Sequence record: PV159336
DNA length: 64,000 nt
From: Escherichia phage W22
Reading direction: 5' to 3' (one strand)
Shown: one piece after another, positions 29,702-39,167 of the stretch
Layout of the letters: every line of letters begins with the position of its first letter
How positions within the stretch are numbered: position 1 is the stretch's first letter
Translations under genes and position numbers: made by a program
Notes under the pieces: model-generated
Database searches by the model: none
Told to the model about the DNA's origin: nothing
The model's input: the letters and a program-made list of their open reading frames with translations, nothing else

Positions 29702-30389
29702 TTAGTCGTTCCTCCGCTTGCTTAAAAATATTTACATCGGCTTCACAGCCTAAGTATTCTCTACCTGTTAAAAGTGCCGCAACTTGTGTTGTTGCACTTC
29801 CAGAGAAGAAGTCTAAGACTACATCTCCTTCGTTGGTATGTATATTAATAAGGTCACAAAACAAAGTCAAGTGTTTTTGTGTTGGATGAAAACGATCTGC
29901 TCCTTGATAGATAGGATACTCAAACACACCCTTATGGTAGGAAGCATTGAAGGTTGGCTTCGAACCTTTAACACAAACAATAGCCATCTCTTTAGCGTTA
30001 CTAAGGTAGTTAACACCACTGTTGATGGGTACAGGGTTTGTTTTAATCCATTCAATAGTACGGAACATACGAAAACCAAGCGGTTCAAGGATTTCACGTA
30101 GCTCCTGGATCTTCCAGATATCATACCAAACTATGCAAGTACCACCTTTTCTAAGCACCCTATAGGCTTCTTTGAATACTTCTTTAAAGTAAGGAATATC
30201 TACAACGTCCCAGTCACCAAAGTTGTAAGATACACGGAATCTATCCGTATCTTTTCCAGTAGGCTCTCCAGATTGAAAATTTGTGTCACGAGAAATAGCA
30301 TATGGTGGGTCAGTAAGAATCAAATCTACACTATTGCTTTCGAGGGTTTGCAGGTAGTTTAATGCAGTGTTGTTTACAAATTCGCTCAT
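29658..30389 (-). CDS. DNA methyltransferase (beta-class N6-adenine/N4-cytosine, DPPY type)
   Basis: Catalytic motif LILTDPPYA near N-terminus and AdoMet-binding motif FFSGSATT near C-terminus (order IV then I = beta class). Confidence 0.75.
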   Translation of the reverse strand: MSEFVNNTALNYLQTLESNSVDLILTDPPYAISRDTNFQSGEPTGKDTDRFRVSYNFGDWDVVDIPYFKEVFKEAYRVLRKGGTCIVWYDIWKIQELREILEPLGFRMFRTIEWIKTNPVPINSGVNYLSNAKEMAIVCVKGSKPTFNASYHKGVFEYPIYQGADRFHPTQKHLTLFCDLINIHTNEGDVVLDFFSGSATTQVAALLTGREYLGCEADVNIFKQAEERLNEYNEQQNHPESTD

Positions 30390-30405
30390 TATATCTCCTT
30401 CAAAG

Positions 30406-30430
30406 AAAAGGAGCCGTTAGGCTCCTTATA
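30406..30430 (-). terminator. rho-independent terminator after ssDNA-binding protein gene
   Basis: AAAAGGAGCC-GTTA-GGCTCCTT; near-identical stem to hairpin at 29241-29258. Confidence 0.5.
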
Positions 30431-30449
30431 TTCACACAATATTTAACTA

Positions 30450-31397
30450 TTAGAAACAGTGCAGGAAGTTTCGACCATATTGCAAACCAATAGGAGCAAA
30501 CGGGATATCATCATCGAAATCTTGAACAACAGGTTCTGGTTCTTTCGGTGCTGGCTCTTTCTTCTCTACTTTTTTAGTTTCTTTCTTAACATCTTGTACT
30601 GGAGTAGACATTCCACGGATAGCAGCAGCTACTTTATCAGACAAAGCAAGAACTTCACGAGCAGCTTCAATAATCTCTTCTGCCGTTACAGTTTTACCTG
30701 TATGATCACGACAAGCGTTAAGAATTGCGTGTCCAACTGAAGCACCAAGATCATAGTCAGTCACATCAACACCACGATCTTTAGCAATTTCAGCTTTCAG
30801 AGTAACAGTTGCAGATTGTACCACACCAGCCAAATCGAAAGCATCACCTTTCACACCAGCACGTAGAAGCTCCAGAGCGCCGTTTACAGCGTGTCCTGTT
30901 TCAATCCCTACGGTATCACGTTTTTTGTAGTTAGGCTTGTTACCGTCATTATTAGATGGCTTATTTCCACCTTTTGAAGAGGATTGCGCTTGCTGAACAC
31001 CTTCTGTTGAAAGAATAGTGATTTTACCTTTAGAGGAGTTGTAGTATGTTTTACCATTCCATTCGGAAGGTTTAACATCCATAGTTAGTTCTACGCCTTT
31101 TTCGATAGTAACCCACTTATCACCATCTTTAACTTGCAGGTTTTCATGTTCTGGGTGCAGTTTAACTTCACCTAGGCTAACCCAAACACCTTTATCATCA
31201 GCACCAGCACCTTTCTCTTTAATAAGCAGAGATGCTTTGTGAGTTGATTCAATTTTCTTATCTGGCTGACCTGCAACCTTAATATAAGAGACTTTCATTT
31301 CATCAAACTTATCTAGCTTGACATATTCGACAATACCTTCAGCCCAGAATGCTTCTTTTTTAGTACGACGGTCGATTTCAGAATTAATTACTGGCAT
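30450..31397 (-). CDS. putative ssDNA-binding protein with SSB-like acidic DDDIPF motif
   Basis: 315 aa; beta-rich N-terminal domain, helical middle domain, C-terminal FDDDIPF followed by 15 extra residues (APIGLQYGRNFLHCF). Confidence 0.4.
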   Translation of the reverse strand: MPVINSEIDRRTKKEAFWAEGIVEYVKLDKFDEMKVSYIKVAGQPDKKIESTHKASLLIKEKGAGADDKGVWVSLGEVKLHPEHENLQVKDGDKWVTIEKGVELTMDVKPSEWNGKTYYNSSKGKITILSTEGVQQAQSSSKGGNKPSNNDGNKPNYKKRDTVGIETGHAVNGALELLRAGVKGDAFDLAGVVQSATVTLKAEIAKDRGVDVTDYDLGASVGHAILNACRDHTGKTVTAEEIIEAAREVLALSDKVAAAIRGMSTPVQDVKKETKKVEKKEPAPKEPEPVVQDFDDDIPFAPIGLQYGRNFLHCF

Positions 31398-31413
31398 AAA
31401 TTCTCCTCTATAA

Positions 31414-31812
31414 TTACATTACTTTAACACAAAACTCTCGTAAAAGAGTAGCGTCAGTTTCTTCCAACAGGTATTTACCAAGACCAATACCAAATCCTAT
31501 TTCACCACTTTCAAAATGGAGAATTTGTATCTTTTCTCCACCAAGGTTAATTACTTTTGCTTTTCCAGGATTGTCCAAAACATCTCGTATTGTGTCCTGT
31601 AGTAGCATTAGTTCACGTTTTGTGATAGTGGTTTCAGATATCTCTTTGTCTTCTACCCGCACTGTTAAACGGTTGTATCCACCAAAGAGACATAGTATTT
31701 GAATAAAAAAGGTATTATCTTGAGGTTCAACATCTTTTTTAGTTAGTTCAAGACGATTAGTTTCTCTACTGTAGAACGTCTCGACTAAGATTTTAGAACG
31801 ATTGTCTGTCAT
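31414..31812 (-). CDS. hypothetical protein
   Basis: 132-aa ORF on same strand in replication module. Confidence 0.4.
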   Translation of the reverse strand: MTDNRSKILVETFYSRETNRLELTKKDVEPQDNTFFIQILCLFGGYNRLTVRVEDKEISETTITKRELMLLQDTIRDVLDNPGKAKVINLGGEKIQILHFESGEIGFGIGLGKYLLEETDATLLREFCVKVM

Positions 31813-31855
31813 TCAAGTCCTCATAATAACACATAATTGTAAGGTTTGTCAACAC

Positions 31856-32470
31856 TTAAATCTTAAATTCTTCGTTGTTAAATGAATCCAGTGTACGTAC
31901 TTCTGGTTCTTTGGGAATGAAAACGTCTTTTACAAAGCGGAACATAGGGAAACGTTCTGCCATTTTACGGACGTGTGCTTCTTTACCTGTGTATCGGTGA
32001 TTAATAGTGCAAATATTAGTTTTCAATGCAAATTCAAAATCTGGATGATATACATAATTTTGACCATCCCAGTAACACAGGCAAATAGCTACGTCAAAGT
32101 TCCATACGATTTCACTGCGTACACCTTCTTCCATGATCATAAAGTTAAACTTAAGGTCTTTATAGTATGCTTCAAATACCCATTTCAAATGTGGTAGTTC
32201 GGCATAAGTGTGTTCTGTTTGCTTAGTAAGTTGTTTAACATTACGTGCACCAACACCCAACATCAAAAATTTCTCTACTAGCACGAGTGTATTGTGGTTA
32301 GGCATACGCAAGTAAATGTCAATGTTTTGTGCAGGTTTCTCTAATCGCCAATCACGTACAGCGCCGCCAGCTACAATTGCAAACGGATCTACCAGTTGGC
32401 ACATACGTAATACTTCTAAAGCGCGTACTTTTTGATCTTCAATATTCATATTTTCTCCTATCGTGTCCAC
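31856..32470 (-). CDS. minimal nucleotidyltransferase (CCA-adding/poly(A) polymerase head-domain-like)
   Basis: Motif FAIVAGGAVRDWRLEKPAQNIDIYL matches GGxVRD...DxD of class II tRNA nucleotidyltransferase head domain; only 204 aa. Confidence 0.4.
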   Translation of the reverse strand: MDTIGENMNIEDQKVRALEVLRMCQLVDPFAIVAGGAVRDWRLEKPAQNIDIYLRMPNHNTLVLVEKFLMLGVGARNVKQLTKQTEHTYAELPHLKWVFEAYYKDLKFNFMIMEEGVRSEIVWNFDVAICLCYWDGQNYVYHPDFEFALKTNICTINHRYTGKEAHVRKMAERFPMFRFVKDVFIPKEPEVRTLDSFNNEEFKI

Positions 32471-33054
32471 TCTTTATGTTGTTCTACATGCTCAAGCATT
32501 TCATTATACAGTGCTTTAAGATGTGGAACAACTCTTTCATCTTCAGTTTCAAAGAATTTTGTAAGCTGTTCTGCTTTAGCTTTCAACCAGCAAAGATGCG
32601 CTTCAATTTCAGTATTAAAACGCCCCAGCGTTTTCATGCGACCGTCTACTTTTATATTGGCTTTGTATTTATTACGATCTTTTTCGTAACTACAGCCTAC
32701 CATAGTTCCATGAGATCTTTTACTTACTCTATAAGCTAAGAACTTATTAAGATCTCCTGTTACTAAAAGACAGGTATCGGGAGAGTAAACCCTCCCTCCT
32801 ATAATATCTTTATCAAGTTCTAAGTTTTCCCAGTTTTCCCAAGTTTGCAACCAGGAGTAGAAATTTGAGAACAGTTTCCATTCTTCACAAACCGTCACCC
32901 CCTTATAACAAGGATCACGTTCTTGTTGGCAAGGGGAGTAACACCTCCCCAACATAGCCATCCATTTCATATAATGCGGCGTTAGTTTCTTACTACCAGG
33001 TAGTGTACTCTCGCCTTCCAAATCATTAATACCTTCACCATATACGGTAAGCAT
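32458..33054 (-). CDS. AP2-domain / HNH-type homing endonuclease-like protein
   Basis: N-terminal Cys-rich region (YKGVTVCEEWKLFSNFYSW) and AP2-like segment (KYKANIKVDGRMKTLGRFNTEIEAHLCWLKA). Confidence 0.45.
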   Translation of the reverse strand: MLTVYGEGINDLEGESTLPGSKKLTPHYMKWMAMLGRCYSPCQQERDPCYKGVTVCEEWKLFSNFYSWLQTWENWENLELDKDIIGGRVYSPDTCLLVTGDLNKFLAYRVSKRSHGTMVGCSYEKDRNKYKANIKVDGRMKTLGRFNTEIEAHLCWLKAKAEQLTKFFETEDERVVPHLKALYNEMLEHVEQHKEWTR

Positions 33055-33081
33055 AAAAACTCCTTTAAAATCAAAGAGATG

Positions 33082-35661
33082 TCAGTGACAAGTTGACCAT
33101 GAACTACCAACATCGTAACCAGCAGTGAGAGGTACATTAAGATTGTAATACTCACCAGCTTTATTAACAGCGATAGATGCTAATTCTCCAGCACGACTGT
33201 AGGCTGTAAACCAACCACCTTTCGGAGATTCATGTACGTTAGCCCAAATCTTGCCAGTACGTTTCTCTTCCTCTTCTTTCCAGGCGTTAACTTTATCCAA
33301 ACATTCTTTATCAATTTTCTTTTGTTCTTCTGGATCATCAACTTGAGTCCAACCTAAAGATTCTTTAGAGAACCATTTAAAATGCACCAGATCACGAGTT
33401 ACTTCAAGCTGTGCTTCATCGTGATATGCAATCATTTGTTGAACGAATGACTTATTTTTCCAGTCATCAACAAAAAAGTCAACAGCTAATCCTTCTTCTT
33501 CGATAAGATCATCGTAGATAACCATTGCTCTTTTTGCACAAATAACACCACCACTCTGGAACAGAGAGTTAAGTATTGCGTGTGCAGATCGTGTAGGTAC
33601 TTTCCTACCATCAATACCAAGAATGTATTTCTTACCTGTTTTAACCCAAAAATCATGCAGACGTTCTTTAAGAAGAGCAAGAGGCTTTGCAGCTTCCCAG
33701 AAAGCATCGTATACAAGCTGTCCTGTATACATATCACTACCAATAGTTTTTGCTACTTTTGCAGCTTGAGCACCATAAGTAATGCCATACTTAACAGATT
33801 TAGCAGGGCTTCGTTCAAACTTGCGACCAATAGTGTCAGAAATACGTCGAGCCATCATTGTATGAACATCATTAGGTTTTTCCAACAATAGAGCATTACA
33901 ATATTCGTGTGGTTCCTGCTCGTACCGCCAACAGTAGTGTGATTCTATTTTTGCCTCAAGAGAATCAAAATCATAACCAATTTGGAAGTATTTTGGAACT
34001 TCTACACCAAATAAGTTACGCATTTCATATCCGTACAGAGATGTTACACGTGGGATATTTGCTACTAGCCTATGCTTCATACGAGACGTAGCTGCATCAC
34101 ACGTTGCAGCAGGAGTTGGTATACGACCATCAGCCCTTACTGCCGCCAGATAACCTTTATCGTAATCCTCTTCATCTTCTTCCCAATCAGCGCCACCACC
34201 TAGAATAGAGTTTCTACGATGTTTATACGTAAGATACTGCACAATCTGCGTAGCATAAGGAAACTTTTCACCTAGTGCTTCCAAGTTAGGACAAATATCC
34301 TTCTCTTGCCCTTTTGTAAAGGAAGGGTTAGTAAGCACTTTAACACCACGACCTTTAGCTTTAGCAATACGATCTCTTAGTTTCCATTCCAAAGTTTCTG
34401 GTGTGCACTCCAGATGATCACATCTGTCCTGGCAGAAATTAGATGCTAATGTTTGATCAACATAGTCACGAATAGCCTTCTCCATTTGTGCTTCATCTTT
34501 CTTAATCTTAGTGCCAGATTTAAGAGTGATATCTTTATCTTTATATTCAGATGGACTCCAACCTAAACCAACTAACCAATTTTTAATATGTGTAGTGTCG
34601 TCTAAAGTAGCAGGTACTGTAGGATCACAAATAGGTTCTTCTGCTGGAATAGGTAGTTTAAACTCTTTACCTAATGCAAATAACCACCAACCATCTTCTT
34701 TTTGTACAAGTTCACCAGAATGTTTCTCTGCAAACTTTATCATGTTACTTGAAGGTTCACCATTCTTTTTAAACTGTAGTTTAGGTGGAATGAATGATTT
34801 CAAATAACCTTTAGTAGCAGGTTTAGGAGGTAGCACAGGTTCTGCCTCTAAACGACATGCTTCCATTCGAGCATCCAGATCACGAATATTATCTTCTGCT
34901 TGTTTCATATTGAAAGCAAAGCCACGGTGCTCTTGACGTGTAATAATATCAGCTACACGTTGTTCTAAGTTAAATGGTTCAGACCACTTGTTATAATCAC
35001 CCCACTCTTCCATCAAATAACGGAACACTGCGGTGTTAGCTTTGTTATCGTAAATACAGTAATACAGCATATCTGCTGCAAATGTTCTAAATCTTTCAGT
35101 TTCAGGAATGTTTTTTCTAAAATCAATTTTAACATCCCCTCCAGCTTTCTTAGATAACTCTGCCAGACTATGACCACCGAAGCGATCAGGGTTTAGTGTC
35201 TTACTTAAGATCATAGTATCACAAATTTCAATGTTACTATTACCCCAAGTATTGTACTTAATACTGTAGTTGAGTTTAAAAAATAATTTAATTGCCAGTA
35301 AGTCGAAGTTAATGATGTTGTGTCCAACTACTTTGGTAATTTTATAGTTTGAATTACCTTTAAATTTACCTGTTCCATTTACAAAATCAGGAAAATCTTT
35401 AAGAGGGAAATGGGTATATTCTAAATGCTCATATTCCTCCAGTCGGTATTCATACTTTCCGTCAGTCTCAATATACGGACGACCATCGAAAAGATATTTA
35501 TCACCATCATGGAAAGCAATAATCTCTCCAGTATCATGACTTTCGCACACAATACAGTGCATTGCAAAACTATCTTTTAAACGATATGGACTTGCCAAGT
35601 AATCTACACTTTCGTCATTAAGCAAGTTGTTACTTTCAATGTCGAAAGTAAAAGCTCCCAT
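33082..35661 (-). CDS. DNA polymerase, family A (T7-like) with 3'-5' exonuclease
   Basis: 859 aa; N-terminal Exo I motif FDIES, motif B KSVKYGITYGAQ, motif C AYHDEAQ. Confidence 0.8.
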   Translation of the reverse strand: MGAFTFDIESNNLLNDESVDYLASPYRLKDSFAMHCIVCESHDTGEIIAFHDGDKYLFDGRPYIETDGKYEYRLEEYEHLEYTHFPLKDFPDFVNGTGKFKGNSNYKITKVVGHNIINFDLLAIKLFFKLNYSIKYNTWGNSNIEICDTMILSKTLNPDRFGGHSLAELSKKAGGDVKIDFRKNIPETERFRTFAADMLYYCIYDNKANTAVFRYLMEEWGDYNKWSEPFNLEQRVADIITRQEHRGFAFNMKQAEDNIRDLDARMEACRLEAEPVLPPKPATKGYLKSFIPPKLQFKKNGEPSSNMIKFAEKHSGELVQKEDGWWLFALGKEFKLPIPAEEPICDPTVPATLDDTTHIKNWLVGLGWSPSEYKDKDITLKSGTKIKKDEAQMEKAIRDYVDQTLASNFCQDRCDHLECTPETLEWKLRDRIAKAKGRGVKVLTNPSFTKGQEKDICPNLEALGEKFPYATQIVQYLTYKHRRNSILGGGADWEEDEEDYDKGYLAAVRADGRIPTPAATCDAATSRMKHRLVANIPRVTSLYGYEMRNLFGVEVPKYFQIGYDFDSLEAKIESHYCWRYEQEPHEYCNALLLEKPNDVHTMMARRISDTIGRKFERSPAKSVKYGITYGAQAAKVAKTIGSDMYTGQLVYDAFWEAAKPLALLKERLHDFWVKTGKKYILGIDGRKVPTRSAHAILNSLFQSGGVICAKRAMVIYDDLIEEEGLAVDFFVDDWKNKSFVQQMIAYHDEAQLEVTRDLVHFKWFSKESLGWTQVDDPEEQKKIDKECLDKVNAWKEEEEKRTGKIWANVHESPKGGWFTAYSRAGELASIAVNKAGEYYNLNVPLTAGYDVGSSWSTCH

Positions 35662-35726
35662 TCTCCCTCCTTAAAATATTTCTAAAGTCTTAATTTGTTA
35701 ATACTGTACCATAAATTAATTGTTTT

Positions 35727-35750
35727 GTAAAGGGGCTTTCGCCCCTTCTT
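35727..35750 (-). terminator. terminator-like hairpin upstream of DNA polymerase gene
   Basis: AAGGGGC-TTTC-GCCCCTT hairpin between convergently adjacent same-strand genes. Confidence 0.4.
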
Positions 35751-35751
35751 G

Positions 35752-36147
35752 TTATTTATTGTCAGCACTTAATTGTACTTTAATAAGGCAATTAGGGACA
35801 CCATTGGTATTTCTCAAGCCTACACGTTCAATTTTAACTGTCCCTGTTAAGCCACTAAAAGTGGAAACAATGTTATTAATGTTTTCATCCTTACTAGCTA
35901 TATCAAGAACAACCTTATCACTAACATTTTTCAGCATACGATCTACAAGCTCTCCCACAAAACCACTGGTAGTTTGAATGAGAAGGTATAGGCAACCATC
36001 CTCAAACCACAAATGTTCACCATAAGCATAACCGTATGGTTCTAACTCCGATCCATCTTGAAATTTAAACTTAGCAACAGTTTTCGTATAATCATACCCT
36101 AACGCAGAAGGGGATACCCCATAAAGGATATTTTCGTTGTCTTTCAT
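35752..36147 (-). CDS. hypothetical protein
   Basis: ORF track gives 35752..36276; ATG at 36147 with GGAG RBS right after primase stop is the more likely start (131 aa). Confidence 0.4.
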   Translation of the reverse strand: MKDNENILYGVSPSALGYDYTKTVAKFKFQDGSELEPYGYAYGEHLWFEDGCLYLLIQTTSGFVGELVDRMLKNVSDKVVLDIASKDENINNIVSTFSGLTGTVKIERVGLRNTNGVPNCLIKVQLSADNK

Positions 36148-36157
36148 ATTTCTCTCC

Positions 36158-37930
36158 TTAATAAGAACCATCAGGAATATTCTCTGGGTTACTTGTGTAT
36201 TGATCGTAATCGTGAAGTGTAGCTGTTTTAATCTCATAGAAGAAACTACCTGCTGCACCAGTTTCTGAGAACTCACGGTTCTTTAGAATGTAGCAATATG
36301 TGCGGTTACGTTCCATAGGATCTTCAGCTTGTTTATCACGCTCCAGCGCAATTGTGATACCAGCACCTTTAGCAAGGAAGCTACTACCCATTGCATCATC
36401 TTCTACAATATGTTCATTACTATTGTTAGAAGACTTTTTAACGTGTGAAATTACAACAATGGTAATTGCGTACTCTTTCATAATGCGTTTGAGCCACGTC
36501 GCAAGTTCCTCTTGTTGTGACACGTCCATACCAGAAAGCAAGTCAGAATAAGGGTCGATAACAAGAATGGTTACTCCGAAATAAATAATCATTTCCAGAA
36601 CCTTCTCTTTAATCACATCTACGTTAGCTCCACGATCATCACAAACATAGAAACGTGGTGTTCCATCTTCTCGTTCGTAAAAATCACGAATCTTTTCTTC
36701 ATTATCTTTTAAAATCTTTTCCTTCTCTTCTTTTGTTTTACGGTGAAGAGGGATGTGCAAGAATGAAGACAGTAAGTTACGAGAATACTTCTTATACGTT
36801 GCCTCCAAAGATAAAATACCAAGAGTATGTTCTGGGTGTGCAAGAATAATGTGCTTCGTAATCTCGTTAACCAACAGTGTTTTACCGATACTTGTTTTTG
36901 CAAGTATAACAGTAATTTCTTCTTCTACCAAGCCTCCACCTAACATATTAGAAGCAACACGCATGAATGGAGGAAGGGTGATCATTTTAGCTTCCAGGCA
37001 TTCCAAGGCTGCTTCATACAGTACGTTAGAAGCATAAACACCAGCAGGTGTGTACAGTTTAGCTTTGAAAAAGCGATCAAGAAAGTGATCAATTTTTCCT
37101 TCTACTAGTGCCTGGTTAGGATCTTTAACATCCGTTAGTTCCATCACGTAAACTTTATTACGTGGTAAGATTTTAACACATTTCTCAACTGCTGCACGTC
37201 CAGCTTCATCATTATCCATACACAGAACAATCTTTTTAAATTGATCTAAGAATTTATAACGATGTTGAAGCTGCTTATGCAGAGATGTTTCGCCACAAGT
37301 ACCAGATACTACAGCAGGAACAGGATATTTACCGCCCTTGTTATAATCTTTTAGCATCTGTGTTGCAGCCAGCATATCGTGTTCACCACCAACAATTAGA
37401 ATAGTACCGCTGTGGTTACGATATTTAAACTCACCAAAAAGATCACAATCCTTTCCTGTTTCACCAATAGGATGCGAAAAATCTTTTGGATCGATACGTT
37501 GTTTATACCCAGCAATATTGTAATCTTTAGTTGTAGGGTATAATGTTGAAATTACTTCGCCAGTAGCTTCATCGTACATATAGCGTACACCGAAAGGTTT
37601 AGAGATATCTTCACGAATACCGCGATAACCTTTTGGATTAGTTCCAGTGCTGGCTTTTAGTTTATCATGTACTTCTGGATTAAACTCACTACCCAAGATA
37701 TCCTCCTCTTCAATTTCTTCGCCGTGTGCATTTAACCATTTTTGATCAGGGATAGTAAAGCCACAAGAAAAACAATGTGCGCCTCGATGGTCTTCATCGG
37801 CATCTAAGCCATATACCATCAAATTGTTTTGTGATCGATCACGCCCTCCTTTCATACAACGAGGACACCCAGTATGTCCTTCTTGACTTAGATCAATGTT
37901 ATACCCATATTTATTTACAACATAAGACAC
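36158..37930 (-). CDS. bifunctional DNA primase-helicase (T7 gp4-like)
   Basis: 590 aa; N-terminal zinc ribbon (CPRC...CFSCGF), TOPRIM-like acidic motif (LCMDNDEAG), C-terminal P-loop (AKTSIGKT). Confidence 0.8.
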   Translation of the reverse strand: MSYVVNKYGYNIDLSQEGHTGCPRCMKGGRDRSQNNLMVYGLDADEDHRGAHCFSCGFTIPDQKWLNAHGEEIEEEDILGSEFNPEVHDKLKASTGTNPKGYRGIREDISKPFGVRYMYDEATGEVISTLYPTTKDYNIAGYKQRIDPKDFSHPIGETGKDCDLFGEFKYRNHSGTILIVGGEHDMLAATQMLKDYNKGGKYPVPAVVSGTCGETSLHKQLQHRYKFLDQFKKIVLCMDNDEAGRAAVEKCVKILPRNKVYVMELTDVKDPNQALVEGKIDHFLDRFFKAKLYTPAGVYASNVLYEAALECLEAKMITLPPFMRVASNMLGGGLVEEEITVILAKTSIGKTLLVNEITKHIILAHPEHTLGILSLEATYKKYSRNLLSSFLHIPLHRKTKEEKEKILKDNEEKIRDFYEREDGTPRFYVCDDRGANVDVIKEKVLEMIIYFGVTILVIDPYSDLLSGMDVSQQEELATWLKRIMKEYAITIVVISHVKKSSNNSNEHIVEDDAMGSSFLAKGAGITIALERDKQAEDPMERNRTYCYILKNREFSETGAAGSFFYEIKTATLHDYDQYTSNPENIPDGSY

Positions 37931-37942
37931 ATGATTCTCCTA

Positions 37943-38212
37943 CTAAAATGATTCGTTTGTCTCCATAATATATTGCATTTCCAAATCTTCCATATGTTTC
38001 TTAAATTGGTAAACAATTTCCGATGGGGAAATATCTATATCAAAAAGTTCTTTTGTACCAGAATAAAACCTAATACCGTCAACAATAAGTCCACCATAAT
38101 AATCCCAATCACTTTCTCGTGAGAAAGGATTAGGTTCTTCATAATAGTAATCTACTTCAACAATAATAGGTTCTTTATTATCTTGTTTATACTCAAAATC
38201 AAAAGTGTTCAT
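37943..38212 (-). CDS. hypothetical protein
   Basis: 89-aa acidic ORF coupled upstream of glycosyltransferase gene. Confidence 0.35.
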   Translation of the reverse strand: MNTFDFEYKQDNKEPIIVEVDYYYEEPNPFSRESDWDYYGGLIVDGIRFYSGTKELFDIDISPSEIVYQFKKHMEDLEMQYIMETNESF

Positions 38213-39156
38213 TATAAATCCTCGATAAGCAGTCTGCGGGTTTCATTTAAATCATCAATATTGTAGTTATCTCTTACATATTTAGCAAGAGCCAATCCTT
38301 TCTCAATACAAACATCAGGAGATTCGATTAAGTATTCTACAATATCTTTCCACTCTTTAACTGAATCAGCAAAGAAGATTAGATCTTTAAATTCTTCAGT
38401 ATAGTAGTTCTCTCGTGGAGAACAAACGAGTGGCAAACCTTTAGCACCAGCCTCAAGAATTTTTAAATTACTTTTGGCATTATTAAAATGATTATTTACT
38501 AATGGAGCTATGGAGATTTGATGACCATCGTATGCTTCCATATAACACTCATAAGGACGAATACCTTCATAAACACAATCTGGTTGAATCTCTTCTTTAA
38601 TTTGCAACCATTGAGCACTACTTAACTCTTCGTGATCTCTACGAAATCCACATAAAGTTAAATCTTTACCAAAAGCAGGAAGAATTGCTAAATCATGTTT
38701 ATGTGTTTCACTTCCCGCCCAAACCAGTGGGCTTTTAGAATAACGATCTTTAGTAAGAACAAACTGCCCTTCATCAAAAGGTAGTCCGTTAGGCACAATA
38801 TGTACATTATCATTGTATTGGCTTAATTCAACCTTTAATGCTGGAGTTGTTGTAGTTACAAGATCGCTTCTTTCAAGGAACCATTTTAGGTCATCTCGGA
38901 TTTGACTTTCAAATAATCCTTCCAGCATATGCCCTTCAGGAATAATTAAAGAATCATCCAGATCCATTACCAATTTAAACCCAAGTTGTTTAAGAGCCAG
39001 GAAACCTGGCTTTCCACGAGTTGGTACTCCATTGAATACAAAAATATTATGCTTAGGATTAATAGTCAGTTTGCGTTTATATGGCAAAATGATTCTATGA
39101 AAATCACATACACTATACCTTTCATGTCCACGTGTGTCAAGAATAATATTAGGCAT
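38212..39156 (-). CDS. glycosyltransferase, GT-B fold (GT4-like), paralog 1
   Basis: C-terminal KILEAGAKGLPLVCSP resembles GT4 donor-binding motif; clear paralog of adjacent gene. Confidence 0.5.
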   Translation of the reverse strand: MPNIILDTRGHERYSVCDFHRIILPYKRKLTINPKHNIFVFNGVPTRGKPGFLALKQLGFKLVMDLDDSLIIPEGHMLEGLFESQIRDDLKWFLERSDLVTTTTPALKVELSQYNDNVHIVPNGLPFDEGQFVLTKDRYSKSPLVWAGSETHKHDLAILPAFGKDLTLCGFRRDHEELSSAQWLQIKEEIQPDCVYEGIRPYECYMEAYDGHQISIAPLVNNHFNNAKSNLKILEAGAKGLPLVCSPRENYYTEEFKDLIFFADSVKEWKDIVEYLIESPDVCIEKGLALAKYVRDNYNIDDLNETRRLLIEDL

Positions 39157-39167
39157 ATGGCTCCTTG

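Noticed and set aside
35662-35726. Possible sigma70 promoter upstream of the DNA polymerase gene (- strand)
   Set aside because: Best candidate hexamers (TTTACA ... TACAGT) match consensus poorly; not reported as a feature.
36300-37037. + strand ORFs (36300..36551, 36655..36849, 36753..37037) inside the primase-helicase gene
   Set aside because: Antisense to a well-supported 590-aa gene with conserved motifs; short, no RBS.
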